This document shows, piece by piece, positions 17,678 through 26,947 of a stretch of 64,000 bases of DNA; the first letter of the stretch is position 1, and every line of letters starts with the position of its first letter. A program made the translations under genes and the position numbers. The notes under the pieces are model-generated. The model was not told where the DNA came from. It saw only the letters and a list, made by a program, of their open reading frames with translations, and did no database searches. Origin of the DNA: Spirochaetia bacterium (GTDB taxonomy: Bacteria; Spirochaetota; Spirochaetia; SZUA-6; Bin103); the NCBI GenBank assembly GCA_965203515.1, contig OZ241907.1, positions 3,328,001-3,392,000 on the forward strand, given 5' to 3'.

Positions 17678-20227
17678 TCAGCCGGCCAGCAGTTCGGTGA
17701 GGCGGCGCTGCCACTCGGCTTCGTCCACCACCTCGAAGCGCATCGTCTTGCCGCGCATCGCCGGCACGAATTCGGCCCAGTCGCGCCGGGTGGCATGGCG
17801 CGAGCACAGGTCGAACACCGAGCGCTTGTATTCGGTGTCCGCCGCCTCCTGCAGATGGAGGCCCTTGGTCTCGATCACGAACACCTGATGAAATGCATCG
17901 GTCGAGTCCGCTTCGTCCGGCTTCAACGTGAAGATGAAGTCGGCGTAGATGCGGCCGCGCTTCCAGCCCTGCACGTAGTAGTCCTGGCGCGCCCGGTTGC
18001 GGTACCAGAAGAACAGGCGTTCCTGTCGATCCAGGAAGGTCGCCACGCGGTGCTCCAGCTCGTTCATGGGGTCGTCGCCGGCGCGGTCGAACAGATCGAG
18101 TTGGAACGGGCCGCCGTCCCGGCGGTTGGCCGGCGGCGCCGCGGCCCGGAGCTGCCGGGGCAGGCGGTTGAAGCCGAGGTCGTTGGCCGCCACGATGAAG
18201 CGCATCGCGCCGGTCTCCAGCAGGCCGGTGAACACGCCGCGCGCCAGCCGGTCGCGTTCGGCCTCCAGGCGCTTGCGCAGCTCTTCCAGGATGAAGCCGT
18301 AGTTGCGCACCACCAGCGGGCGCGGATGGCGCTCCAGGAGGGCGCCGAAGACGCGCCGCGCCAGCGCGCTGCCGCGCCACGGATTGGGCATCACGTCCAG
18401 CAGGTGGCCGGCGGCGAACGCATGGTCCAGGCGGGCGTCGACCGCGGCGGCGGAGCCGGCGGAGGAGCGGGCGGCGGCTGCCGCGGCCGACGACTCCACG
18501 CGTCCGTCCACGCCGATCTGCAGCTCGATGCCGCCTTCCGGGCGCTCGCCGAGCGGCAGGTCGAACAGCGGGCTCACGTCGACCTCATCCCACGCCGCCC
18601 GCGCCAGCAGGTCCGCCTCGTAGTGCGCGGGCCGCCACTCGCCCCGGTCGCGGATCATGAACGCCGGCAGCACCAGGTCGCGCGCGGCCCGCCGGAAGCG
18701 CGCGCGCTGGCGCCGCGCCGCGGGCCGGTCCGGCTGCAACGGGCCGTCTTCGACGGCGACCACGTTCGCTTGCAGGTCGCCCAGCCCCTCGCGCCCGAAG
18801 CCGCGGCGCACCTCCTGCAGCAGCTCGGCGCCGCGGCGCCGGAAGCAGAACACGTAGCTCTCATCCAGCCAGCGGTCACCGGTCTTGCGCGCGTAGGGCT
18901 GGCGCAGGATGCGGCCGACGAGCTGCGTCAACGCGGTCTTCGAGCCGGGGCGGGTCAGGATCGCCAGCACGTAGGCGAACGCGCAGTCCCATCCCTCCTG
19001 CAGCGCCTGTTTGGTGATGATGAAGCGGATCGGGCAGTCGCTCGCCAGCAGGCCGCCGGAGTCGTCGACCTCCTTCAGGTCGTCGCGGGCGCTGGTCTTG
19101 ATGGCGACGTGCTCGGGGTTGACGGCGGGATGCTGCAGCAGGTACTCGCGGGCGTCCTCGGCGTGCACGACGCCGGGCTGCCGCTGGTCGCGGCCGGTGC
19201 GCTCCACCTGGATCAGGCAGATCGGGCGGATGCGCAGGCCGGTGGCCGCGGCGTGGCGCCGCGCGCGTTCCTCCAGCTTCGCGCGGTGCTCCACCGCGGC
19301 CAGCAGGGTGTCCTTCCAGCTCGCGCCGGAGCGGTTGCCGACGTGCAGATCGAGCTTGATCATCTCCTCCGCGTGCAGGTCGCGGCCCAGGACTTCGATC
19401 AGCACGTTGGCCTGCGGCGCCGGGGTGGCGGACAGCTCCACGATCAGGCAGGGATTGAACCCCTCCAGCGTCGCCTTGGCGTTGCGGCTGTACGCCTTGT
19501 GCCCCTCGTCCAGCACGATCAGCGGGCGCAGCAGGCGCAGCGTGTTGCCCAGCGAGGTCTTGATCTGGCGGCCCCGGAAGCCGCCGGCGTCGTCGTCGAA
19601 GGTGTCGAGGTTGGGGATGCGTTCCAGCAGCGCGCGGTGGCCGGCCGCGTCGTGGTCGGCGGGGAAGAAGCGGTCGAACCCGCCGCTGTCGCGGAACATC
19701 CGCAGTTGTTCCCGGGTCTCGCGGTTGGCCGAAGGCAGCATCAGCAGCAGGATGCAGAGGTTGTCGGCCACGTCGGCCGGGCTGAAGCCGTGGCGCTTCT
19801 CCAGCAGCAGGGTGCGGCCGGCGGAGGCCAGGTCGAGTTGGTGCCGGTAGGGGTGGCTGCGGTCCTTGAGCGCCGCCAGGGTCTGGCGGTAGATCTGGAC
19901 GGTCGGGACCACCCACAGCACCAGTCCGGTCTGCCGGAACAGGAACGAGCCGTTCACCAGACCGATGACGCGGGTGGCCAGCAGGGTCTTGCCGCCGCCG
20001 GTCGGGATCTTGAGGCAGAAGGCGGGCAGCGGCGCGCCGCTGCCGGTGGTCCGCGCGGCGTAGGGCCGCGCCGGCCGGACCTTCTCCCACGCCCGGCGCG
20101 CCCAGTCGAAGCCGAACTCGGGATCGGCCGCGCGGGCGCGGGCGTCGGTCCGGCGCGCCTCGGCGAGCGCTTCGAGCAGGTTCCGCACCGCCGCCAGCAC
20201 CCGCCGCTGGTACTCCTTGAGGATCAT
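17678..20227 (-). CDS. res: Type III restriction-modification Res subunit (SF2 helicase plus PD-(D/E)xK nuclease)
   Basis: MILKEYQ start overlapping the mod stop (ATGA); PTGGGKT, VLDEGH, LSATP, ALQEGWDC, QLVGRILR; C-terminal YADFIF...IETKG. Confidence 0.88.
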   Translation of the reverse strand: MILKEYQRRVLAAVRNLLEALAEARRTDARARAADPEFGFDWARRAWEKVRPARPYAARTTGSGAPLPAFCLKIPTGGGKTLLATRVIGLVNGSFLFRQTGLVLWVVPTVQIYRQTLAALKDRSHPYRHQLDLASAGRTLLLEKRHGFSPADVADNLCILLLMLPSANRETREQLRMFRDSGGFDRFFPADHDAAGHRALLERIPNLDTFDDDAGGFRGRQIKTSLGNTLRLLRPLIVLDEGHKAYSRNAKATLEGFNPCLIVELSATPAPQANVLIEVLGRDLHAEEMIKLDLHVGNRSGASWKDTLLAAVEHRAKLEERARRHAAATGLRIRPICLIQVERTGRDQRQPGVVHAEDAREYLLQHPAVNPEHVAIKTSARDDLKEVDDSGGLLASDCPIRFIITKQALQEGWDCAFAYVLAILTRPGSKTALTQLVGRILRQPYARKTGDRWLDESYVFCFRRRGAELLQEVRRGFGREGLGDLQANVVAVEDGPLQPDRPAARRQRARFRRAARDLVLPAFMIRDRGEWRPAHYEADLLARAAWDEVDVSPLFDLPLGERPEGGIELQIGVDGRVESSAAAAAARSSAGSAAAVDARLDHAFAAGHLLDVMPNPWRGSALARRVFGALLERHPRPLVVRNYGFILEELRKRLEAERDRLARGVFTGLLETGAMRFIVAANDLGFNRLPRQLRAAAPPANRRDGGPFQLDLFDRAGDDPMNELEHRVATFLDRQERLFFWYRNRARQDYYVQGWKRGRIYADFIFTLKPDEADSTDAFHQVFVIETKGLHLQEAADTEYKRSVFDLCSRHATRRDWAEFVPAMRGKTMRFEVVDEAEWQRRLTELLAG

Positions 20228-21876
20228 CGCGCGGGGGACGGCCCGCCGTGCTGCGCGCCGCGGGCGGCGGTCTGGTAGATCTGGAACGGCAACTGGCAGA
20301 AGGTGATGCGGTATTCGTCCAGGAAGTCCTGGTCCAGGTAGCGGGCGGGCGCGAACACCAGCCGCCGCCGGTCCCGGTGCGGAGGCAGCGAGCGGGCGAA
20401 CTCCAGCGTCAGCGCCAACTCCTTGAGCCGCTCCGCGTCCGGTTCGTAGATCAGATACACGTCGCCGCGCGGACTGCTGCCGATCAAGCCGGTGGCGCGG
20501 TCGACCGCGCCGGGATCGAACTGGTCGCCGGTGGCGGTGAAGAACACGTAGCCGGCCAGCGCCGCGTAGTCGGGCAGATTCGCCTCGTCCAGCAACGATT
20601 CCTGGCGCATCGGCCCGCCCAGCTCGAAGTAGCTGAAGGTGCCGCCGAGACCCTGCCGCAGCGCCTCGTCGCGGGCGGACGGCACGCCGGCGATGACGCG
20701 GCGCACGCGCTCGGCGGTGATGGAGTCGGCGTAGCCTTCGCATTCGATCAGCACGAAGCGCCGGTTGCCGCCGTCCTCCCGGTTCAGCGCCAGCACCGCG
20801 TGCGCCGTGGTCCCGGAACCGGCGAACGAATCGAGCACGATCGAATCCGGGTCCGTGGCGATGCGCAGGATGTGCTTGACGAGGGCGGTCGGCTTGACCG
20901 TGTTGAAGACGTCTTCCGAACGCTCGAAGTCCAGCACGCCGACCAGCTCCTTCTTGGCTTCCTGCGTATGGCCGACTTCGGCATGCGGCCATATCGTCTG
21001 CGGTATGACGCCCTGCCGTACTTCTGAAAGATACCGCTTCAACCGCGGCATGCCGGCGCCGTCCGGCCCCCACCAGATGCGATTCTCCGCATTTAGCTCG
21101 GCGAACCGATCCGGCGACACGCGAAAGTAATTGCCGACCGACGGCCGGAACGTCTTGCCGGAAGGACTGGTCACTTCATACGTGCCGAGGCGGTAGTAGT
21201 TCCGGGCGGTCAGATCGCTCGATGACCACGCGCCGCGCGGGTCGTCGTCCGGGTTCCGGTAGCGGCTCGTCGCCTGCGCGCTGCGCTGCAGCAGATGCGG
21301 CTTCCATTGGTCCGCGTCCTGCGCGTAGATGACGATGAAGTCGTGGTCTTCGGAGAAGTGTCTGGCGGTGTTCCGCGGCGAAAAGTTCTTCTGCCAGACG
21401 ACGGTCGCCAGGAAGTTTTCGACGCCAAATACTTCGTCCATCAGGGCGCGCAGGTGATGGACCTCATGGTCGTCGATGGAGACGAAGATGGCGCCGTCGG
21501 GACGGAGCAGCTCGCGCAGCAGCTTCAGGCGCGGCAGCATCATGCAGCACCACTTGTCGTGCCGGGTCAGGTCGTCGCGGTCGACCGTCTTGCCGAGCCA
21601 GGCGCGCATCATCGGCGAGTTGACGTTGTCGTTGTAGGCCCAACCCTCGTTGCCGGTGTTGTAGGGCGGATCGACGTAGATGCACTTGATCCGGTTGTGA
21701 TAGACCGGCAGCAGCGCCTTCAGCGCCGCCAGATTGTCGCCGTGCACGATCAGGTTGTCGTGCAGGCTCGCCGGCCTGCTCAGCCCCTTGTCCGCCGCCG
21801 GCCGCAGGTCATGGAACGGCACGGTGAGATGATGATTCTCGACGAACGTCCTGCCCTTGAACTGCAGTGACGGCAT
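20224..21876 (-). CDS. mod: Type III R-M Mod subunit, adenine DNA methyltransferase
   Basis: IVHGDNL.ALK, IYVDPPYNTG, FVSIDDHE, TVKP, VLDSFAGSGTTAHAV (beta-class motif order). Start ATG 21876. Confidence 0.92.
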   Translation of the reverse strand: MPSLQFKGRTFVENHHLTVPFHDLRPAADKGLSRPASLHDNLIVHGDNLAALKALLPVYHNRIKCIYVDPPYNTGNEGWAYNDNVNSPMMRAWLGKTVDRDDLTRHDKWCCMMLPRLKLLRELLRPDGAIFVSIDDHEVHHLRALMDEVFGVENFLATVVWQKNFSPRNTARHFSEDHDFIVIYAQDADQWKPHLLQRSAQATSRYRNPDDDPRGAWSSSDLTARNYYRLGTYEVTSPSGKTFRPSVGNYFRVSPDRFAELNAENRIWWGPDGAGMPRLKRYLSEVRQGVIPQTIWPHAEVGHTQEAKKELVGVLDFERSEDVFNTVKPTALVKHILRIATDPDSIVLDSFAGSGTTAHAVLALNREDGGNRRFVLIECEGYADSITAERVRRVIAGVPSARDEALRQGLGGTFSYFELGGPMRQESLLDEANLPDYAALAGYVFFTATGDQFDPGAVDRATGLIGSSPRGDVYLIYEPDAERLKELALTLEFARSLPPHRDRRRLVFAPARYLDQDFLDEYRITFCQLPFQIYQTAARGAQHGGPSPAR

Positions 21877-21883
21877 AGCTGGA

Positions 21884-23761
21884 TCAGGCGCCGGCTCGGA
21901 CCAGGAGTTCGTGCTCTTCCTCGTGCTGCCGCTCCCGGCTCGCCATCGCGCGCAACGCATCGGCCGACCGGCGCGCCCACCTGCGCAGGCCGGGAAGGCC
22001 GGTGTCCGCGGCAACGCGATCGAGCTGCTCCGCGAGGCTCTGCCAGCGGCTCGACGCCGGTCCGGTGAAGGCGCCCGTTACCTGGCGGCTGAAGAACGCC
22101 TCAGCCACCGTTTCATGGTCGCCGTAGTCGGCGATGATACGCGCGGCAAGGCGATCGTCCGTCAGCATGTGCTTGTTCGTCAACCCGGCAAGCAGGGCTG
22201 CCCGTCGCGCCGTATGCCCGGAAGGAGCTGACGCTATCCACGCCAATACGTCGTCTCTCGGCATATCCTCGAGCACCGCAGGAAAACCGATGACGAACAT
22301 CGCGGCCATGCGCGGCGGCCACAGGTAAGGAGTCAGCTCCCGCCACACGGCTCCCGCATCGCGCCGGAGGCAGCCACGAAACACGGCCATGGCCGCCCGC
22401 TGATAACGCAGCAACCAACTCGTGGATGCGTCCCGATGCGCGTGGGCGCGAATGATGGCCGCCGCGATCTCCCGCGGATGATCGGCGATCAGCTCCGCGA
22501 CCTTCCGCCAATGACGGTTTGCGTGGCGGATCAGGTCTATGTCGGTGATCAACTCCAGGGCCAGCGGCCGCCAACGGTCGATCTCCGCGGCGGCGTGCTC
22601 CATACGGCTCCGCAGCATTCCGATCGCGGTCTTCCCGTGCCCGGTATCGATCATCGCGCGCAACAAGCCGTGGAGGGCGTCGGCGGCAATGCCGGTCCAT
22701 GTGCCGTACATGAGCTGGCCGACCAACCCCGGATCGAGCGACCCGCCGCGCAGCAGCTCCGCCACCTTGATCGCCACGGGATCGGTGGATCCGCAGCGCC
22801 ACGCGACTTGCAGCAGGAGCCCGGCCGGCTGAGGTTCGCGCGCGAACTGCGCCAGCATCCACCGCTCATACCAGGCGTCTCCCAGAACCCGGCGTCGCGC
22901 GGCGACGTATCCGCACACGACGCGTAGATCGCGACCGCTGTCGGGAAGTCGCGGCAACTCATCGTCGAGCTGTCCCTTCGTGTCGGCATCGGCCAACGCG
23001 GCGCCGAGCTCCCATGCCTCGGCCGCCTGCCCGGAAGTCAGCCACGACCACTCCCTGGCCAGCTCACCCGGAGCGGTCAGCAGCTCCTCTGCCAGTGCGC
23101 GGGCGTCTAGCCGATCGTTCCGGTCATTCCGTTCCCACGGCTCCATGCCGACGCGCTGCCGCAGACGGCCGCCGAGAGAGCGATCCTCGAACCGGGCATG
23201 CAAGCGGCTCAGCGTCTGCCGCTGTTCGGCAGGGAGTCGTTCCTCGTTACCCCTGATAACCCCGGCAATGCGTTTCCGCAGCGGCTCGCGCAGCTCGGGA
23301 TAGCCGTCGCGCAGTTCTTCGAAGAACGCCATCACGATCGGGCTGGCGTCCGCGTACGCGAGCAGCCATGACATACGCTCGGCAGCATCCAGCAGGGCCG
23401 CCTCGATCGCTGCTTCGCGTCCGGCGGCGATGGTCTTCAGTCTGCCCACCGCGGCCGTTATGCACTGCACGTGGTCATTAGCGGAGGAAGGACTCCAGTC
23501 AGGTTCGGGAATCCGGTCCGACCTCGCCGACAGCACGGCGCCGTCCGGTGAGTCGTCCGCAACCTGAGCCAACGCCTGCACGACGATACTGACCAGAGCC
23601 GGGCGCCCCTGCGCGGCCAAGGCGTCCAATGTATTCAGTCGCTGCGGGTAGGGGAGCGCTGTCCCGGCGAGCTGCACTTGATACTTCGCGATGAACTCGC
23701 GCGAAGCGCCGCTACCGACTATCTCGTTCTCGGCTTCGGCCAGCAACGCGAGCGCGGTCAC
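21884..23761 (-). CDS. Helical C-terminal part of a STAND-like NTPase (fragment B or translationally coupled partner)
   Basis: 625-aa helical ORF. Its frame reads GFDDAVTALALLAEAENE across the GTG start, continuing the upstream ORF after a one-base shift. Ends 7 nt before mod. Confidence 0.6.
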   Translation of the reverse strand: MTALALLAEAENEIVGSGASREFIAKYQVQLAGTALPYPQRLNTLDALAAQGRPALVSIVVQALAQVADDSPDGAVLSARSDRIPEPDWSPSSANDHVQCITAAVGRLKTIAAGREAAIEAALLDAAERMSWLLAYADASPIVMAFFEELRDGYPELREPLRKRIAGVIRGNEERLPAEQRQTLSRLHARFEDRSLGGRLRQRVGMEPWERNDRNDRLDARALAEELLTAPGELAREWSWLTSGQAAEAWELGAALADADTKGQLDDELPRLPDSGRDLRVVCGYVAARRRVLGDAWYERWMLAQFAREPQPAGLLLQVAWRCGSTDPVAIKVAELLRGGSLDPGLVGQLMYGTWTGIAADALHGLLRAMIDTGHGKTAIGMLRSRMEHAAAEIDRWRPLALELITDIDLIRHANRHWRKVAELIADHPREIAAAIIRAHAHRDASTSWLLRYQRAAMAVFRGCLRRDAGAVWRELTPYLWPPRMAAMFVIGFPAVLEDMPRDDVLAWIASAPSGHTARRAALLAGLTNKHMLTDDRLAARIIADYGDHETVAEAFFSRQVTGAFTGPASSRWQSLAEQLDRVAADTGLPGLRRWARRSADALRAMASRERQHEEEHELLVRAGA

Positions 23762-25050
23762 CGCGTCGTCGAACCCGTCGTTCGTGAGGCGATGCGAGCC
23801 AACCGGCTGACGATTTCCGCCGAGGCTGCAAACGTGATTCGCCGGCGATCTTCCAGACTGCTGTCGGTCAGGACCCGTCGCAAGTTACGAACGGCGCTAT
23901 CGGGATCGGCCGCCGCAAACGCCGACCAACGCCGTGCCGCGTGGAGCGCGCCGAAGTCATCGATCCGAAAAAAAAATCTCAACTGATCGCGCGCAAACGT
24001 CCGCGCCTGCGGACTTCCGGCCAGCGACTCCAACCGGCTGTAGTACGCTTCCCTTGCGCCGTCCGAGGGCAGCGCTTCGGGAAGAGATTTCAGAAGATCG
24101 GGATAGCTCTCCCATGCTTCCTTGGCCAGATAGACCGCCAATGGGTACGGCGAAATATAGCGGTACCGGCCACTCCGGGGAGCGATTCCCGTGCTCCGGT
24201 GGATTCGCTCGATCTGATGCTGCGCCTCGTTCCAGTCGAGGCCGAGGTGCGCGGCGACCGCCTTTCCCTCTTGCTGTCTGTCGCCCGTCCAGCCCACGAG
24301 CGCCAGCGCGGCAATCACGTAGAGGGAGCGCCGGTCTCCATCGCCCAACATGCGATCGAGTAATCGGCGGATGTCGCTTCGATCGAACAGATCGGGTGCG
24401 GTTGCCGAGGGGTCTTCGGTCACGGCATCCGCCGTCAGGCGGCCCAGGCGCACGTAGCCGTCAGCGAAGCCGGTCACGAAGTCGACGTGCTCCGGCGGCA
24501 TCTGCGGGTACCAGCCGCTGATCACCGCACGCATGGAGGGGACGTCGAGCGGCTCGATCGTCAGCTCCGGGATGCGCCGGAGGTCAGGGCTTGGACAGCT
24601 ACCGATCGTGACCAACTGCACGCGGCCGTTCGTGCGGCCTACCGAGTCCCGCAATGGTTCGATCCGCTCCGGCTGCACTTCATCCGCGACCACGGTCAGT
24701 CGCACGTCCGGCGCCTCCGCGGCGGAGTCGATCAGCTCGGACAACCGGACGTCGTCCGCCTGGCGAACGTAGATGACCGTAGCGCGCCACGGCGCGCGGC
24801 GACACAGCTCCAGTGCGAATCGGGTCTTGCCGACGCCAGGTTGGCCCCGAATATGCAGGTGACGGATGCGATCGTCTTCGCGCTGCGCGTTGAAGTCGAG
24901 CTTGGTGAGCATGTCGGACATCGCGGCCGTCATCCGCGGCGTTTCCTGATACGGAATTCGATGGACCTCGCTCCGCACCCAGTCGTCGAACGGCTGCAGC
25001 GCGTTGCGGAAGATCCCCGATCCGTTCACGGCGTGTCGATCGTATAACAT
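23758..25050 (-). CDS. STAND-like P-loop NTPase, N-terminal part (possibly 5'-truncated and frameshifted)
   Basis: Walker A GQPGVGKT, Walker B LTVVADE, VQLVTIG sensor strand, FADGYVRL. Start is 25050 or 25068. More A/T-ending codons than neighbours. Confidence 0.65.
   Translation of the reverse strand: MLYDRHAVNGSGIFRNALQPFDDWVRSEVHRIPYQETPRMTAAMSDMLTKLDFNAQREDDRIRHLHIRGQPGVGKTRFALELCRRAPWRATVIYVRQADDVRLSELIDSAAEAPDVRLTVVADEVQPERIEPLRDSVGRTNGRVQLVTIGSCPSPDLRRIPELTIEPLDVPSMRAVISGWYPQMPPEHVDFVTGFADGYVRLGRLTADAVTEDPSATAPDLFDRSDIRRLLDRMLGDGDRRSLYVIAALALVGWTGDRQQEGKAVAAHLGLDWNEAQHQIERIHRSTGIAPRSGRYRYISPYPLAVYLAKEAWESYPDLLKSLPEALPSDGAREAYYSRLESLAGSPQARTFARDQLRFFFRIDDFGALHAARRWSAFAAADPDSAVRNLRRVLTDSSLEDRRRITFAASAEIVSRLARIASRTTGSTTR
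23968..23976 (-). repeat. T9 homopolymer tract inside the NTPase ORF
   Basis: A9 on the + strand, encoding in-frame FFF. Longest A/T run I noticed in the window. Confidence 0.9.
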
Positions 25051-25102
25051 GGATGGGCTCCCGCGCATCGCTCCGGCGATCGACCGGCAGGGAGGATGAA
25101 GG

Positions 25103-26947
25103 ATGGAGAGACGATCAGGCCGGCCGCCGCGGAACGGCGCGGGCCGCCCCGGAGGCCCCGGTCCCCGCGTCGGGCAGCCCGGCCGTCCGGCGCTGCGCGC
25201 TCTGGCGCGCAGCCTGAGCTACCTGCGCCCGTACCGGTGGGGCGCGGCCGCCAGCCTGATCTGTCTGCTGGCCGGCTCGGCCGGCAACCTGGCGGTGCCC
25301 CGGCTCACGCAGCAGATCATCGACAGCGGCATCCTGGCCGGCCGGATGCAGGCGATCCTGCTCGGCGCGCTGCTCATCTTCGGCGTCACGGCGCTGCGCT
25401 CACTGTTCACCTACCTGCAGGGGGCGCTGGCCGCCCGCGTATCGCAGGGCGTCGCCTACGACCTGCGCAACGCGCTCTACGACCACATCCAGAGCCTGTC
25501 GTTCAGCTACCACGACCGCTCGCAGACCGGTCAACTGCTCACCCGCGCCACCAGCGACGTGGACATGGTCCGCCTCTTCATCAGCACCGGCGTGATTCAG
25601 ATCGCGTCGACCCTGGCGCTGCTGATCGGCAGCCTCTCCCTGCTGTTCGCGACCAACTGGCGGCTGGCCCTGCACGTGATCCCGCTCATGGCGGTGGTGT
25701 TCGCGATCTTCTCCTACCTGGCCAAGGTGGGCCGGCCGCTGTTTCGCACCATCCAGGAGAAGATCGCGGCGCTCAACACCCGGCTGGAGGAAAACATCGT
25801 CGGCGTCCGTACGGTAAAGGCGTTCACCGGCGCGCGGCGGGAGCAGGAGCGGTTCGAGGTCGAGAGCCGCGACCTGCACGACCGGATGATGCGGGCCGGA
25901 CGCCTGTTCTCGCTGGCCATTCCGCTCGTGTTCACGATGGCCAACTTCGGGACCGTGGTGGTCACCTGGGGCGGCGGCATCCAGATACTGGCGCAGCGTC
26001 TGACCATCGGCGAGCTGGTGGCGTTCCAGGGCTACCTGATCGTCGCCATGTTCCCCATCACCATGCTCGGCATGATCATGATGTCGATCTCGCAGGCCGC
26101 CGCCGGCGCCGAACGGATCGCCGAGATCCTCGACGCGCGGTCGGAGGTTTCCGAGCGGCCCGGCGCGGCGGCGCTGGCGCCCCTCCGCGAAGGGCTGGCG
26201 TTCGAGCGAGTGACGTTCCGCTACTTCGGGGTGGGCGCCCCGGTGCTGCGGGACGTGAGCTTCCGCACCGGAGCAACCGAGACGTTGGCCATCGTCGGCG
26301 CGACCGGCTCGGGCAAGAGCACGATCATCAACCTGATCCCGCGCTTCTACGACGTGACCGCCGGCCGCATCACCATCGACGGCGCCGACATCCGCGACGT
26401 CACCCTGCAGTCGCTGCGACGGCAGATCGGCATCGTGCTGGAAGAGACCACCCTGTTCGGCGGCACCATCCGCGAGAACATCGCCTACGGCCGGCCGGAA
26501 GCCTCCGACGCCGAGGTGGAGGCGGCCGCCCGCGCCGCGGAGGCGCACCGGTTCATCACGGAGTTCCCCGACGGCTACGATTCGCTGGTCGGCGAGCGCG
26601 GCGTGACCCTGTCCGGGGGCCAGAAGCAACGGGTGGCGATCGCCCGCGCGCTGTTGCTGGAGCCGCGCATCCTGATCCTGGACGACAGCACCAGCAGCGT
26701 CGATTACGAGACCGAGCGGCGCATCCGCGCCGCGCTCGACCAGCTCCGGCATGACCGCCTGTCGTTCGTCATCGCCAGCCGCATGAACACGGTGCTGGCC
26801 GCCGACCGCGTGCTGCTGTTGCACGAAGGAACGGTGGCCGGGCTGGACCGCCATGAGCGGCTGCTGCACGACAACGCGCGGTACGCGGAGACCTTCTACG
26901 GCGAGCTCTCCGCGCAGCCGGCCGAAGCCGCGCAGGCGGTATCGTGA
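25103..26947 (+). CDS. ABC exporter subunit A (fused TMD-NBD, heterodimer)
   Basis: GATGSGKST, LSGGQKQR, degenerate Walker B ILDDSTS, IASR in place of the H-loop. Confidence 0.92.
   Translation: MERRSGRPPRNGAGRPGGPGPRVGQPGRPALRALARSLSYLRPYRWGAAASLICLLAGSAGNLAVPRLTQQIIDSGILAGRMQAILLGALLIFGVTALRSLFTYLQGALAARVSQGVAYDLRNALYDHIQSLSFSYHDRSQTGQLLTRATSDVDMVRLFISTGVIQIASTLALLIGSLSLLFATNWRLALHVIPLMAVVFAIFSYLAKVGRPLFRTIQEKIAALNTRLEENIVGVRTVKAFTGARREQERFEVESRDLHDRMMRAGRLFSLAIPLVFTMANFGTVVVTWGGGIQILAQRLTIGELVAFQGYLIVAMFPITMLGMIMMSISQAAAGAERIAEILDARSEVSERPGAAALAPLREGLAFERVTFRYFGVGAPVLRDVSFRTGATETLAIVGATGSGKSTIINLIPRFYDVTAGRITIDGADIRDVTLQSLRRQIGIVLEETTLFGGTIRENIAYGRPEASDAEVEAAARAAEAHRFITEFPDGYDSLVGERGVTLSGGQKQRVAIARALLLEPRILILDDSTSSVDYETERRIRAALDQLRHDRLSFVIASRMNTVLAADRVLLLHEGTVAGLDRHERLLHDNARYAETFYGELSAQPAEAAQAVS

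Noticed and set aside
17678..21073. Mod-Res fusion or extended Res
   Set aside because: The region above 20227 is an off-frame read of mod; Res begins at MILKEYQ with an ATGA overlap.
15485..25102. Defined mobile element or genomic island boundaries around the defence locus
   Set aside because: No integrase, transposase, tRNA or flanking direct repeats were found.
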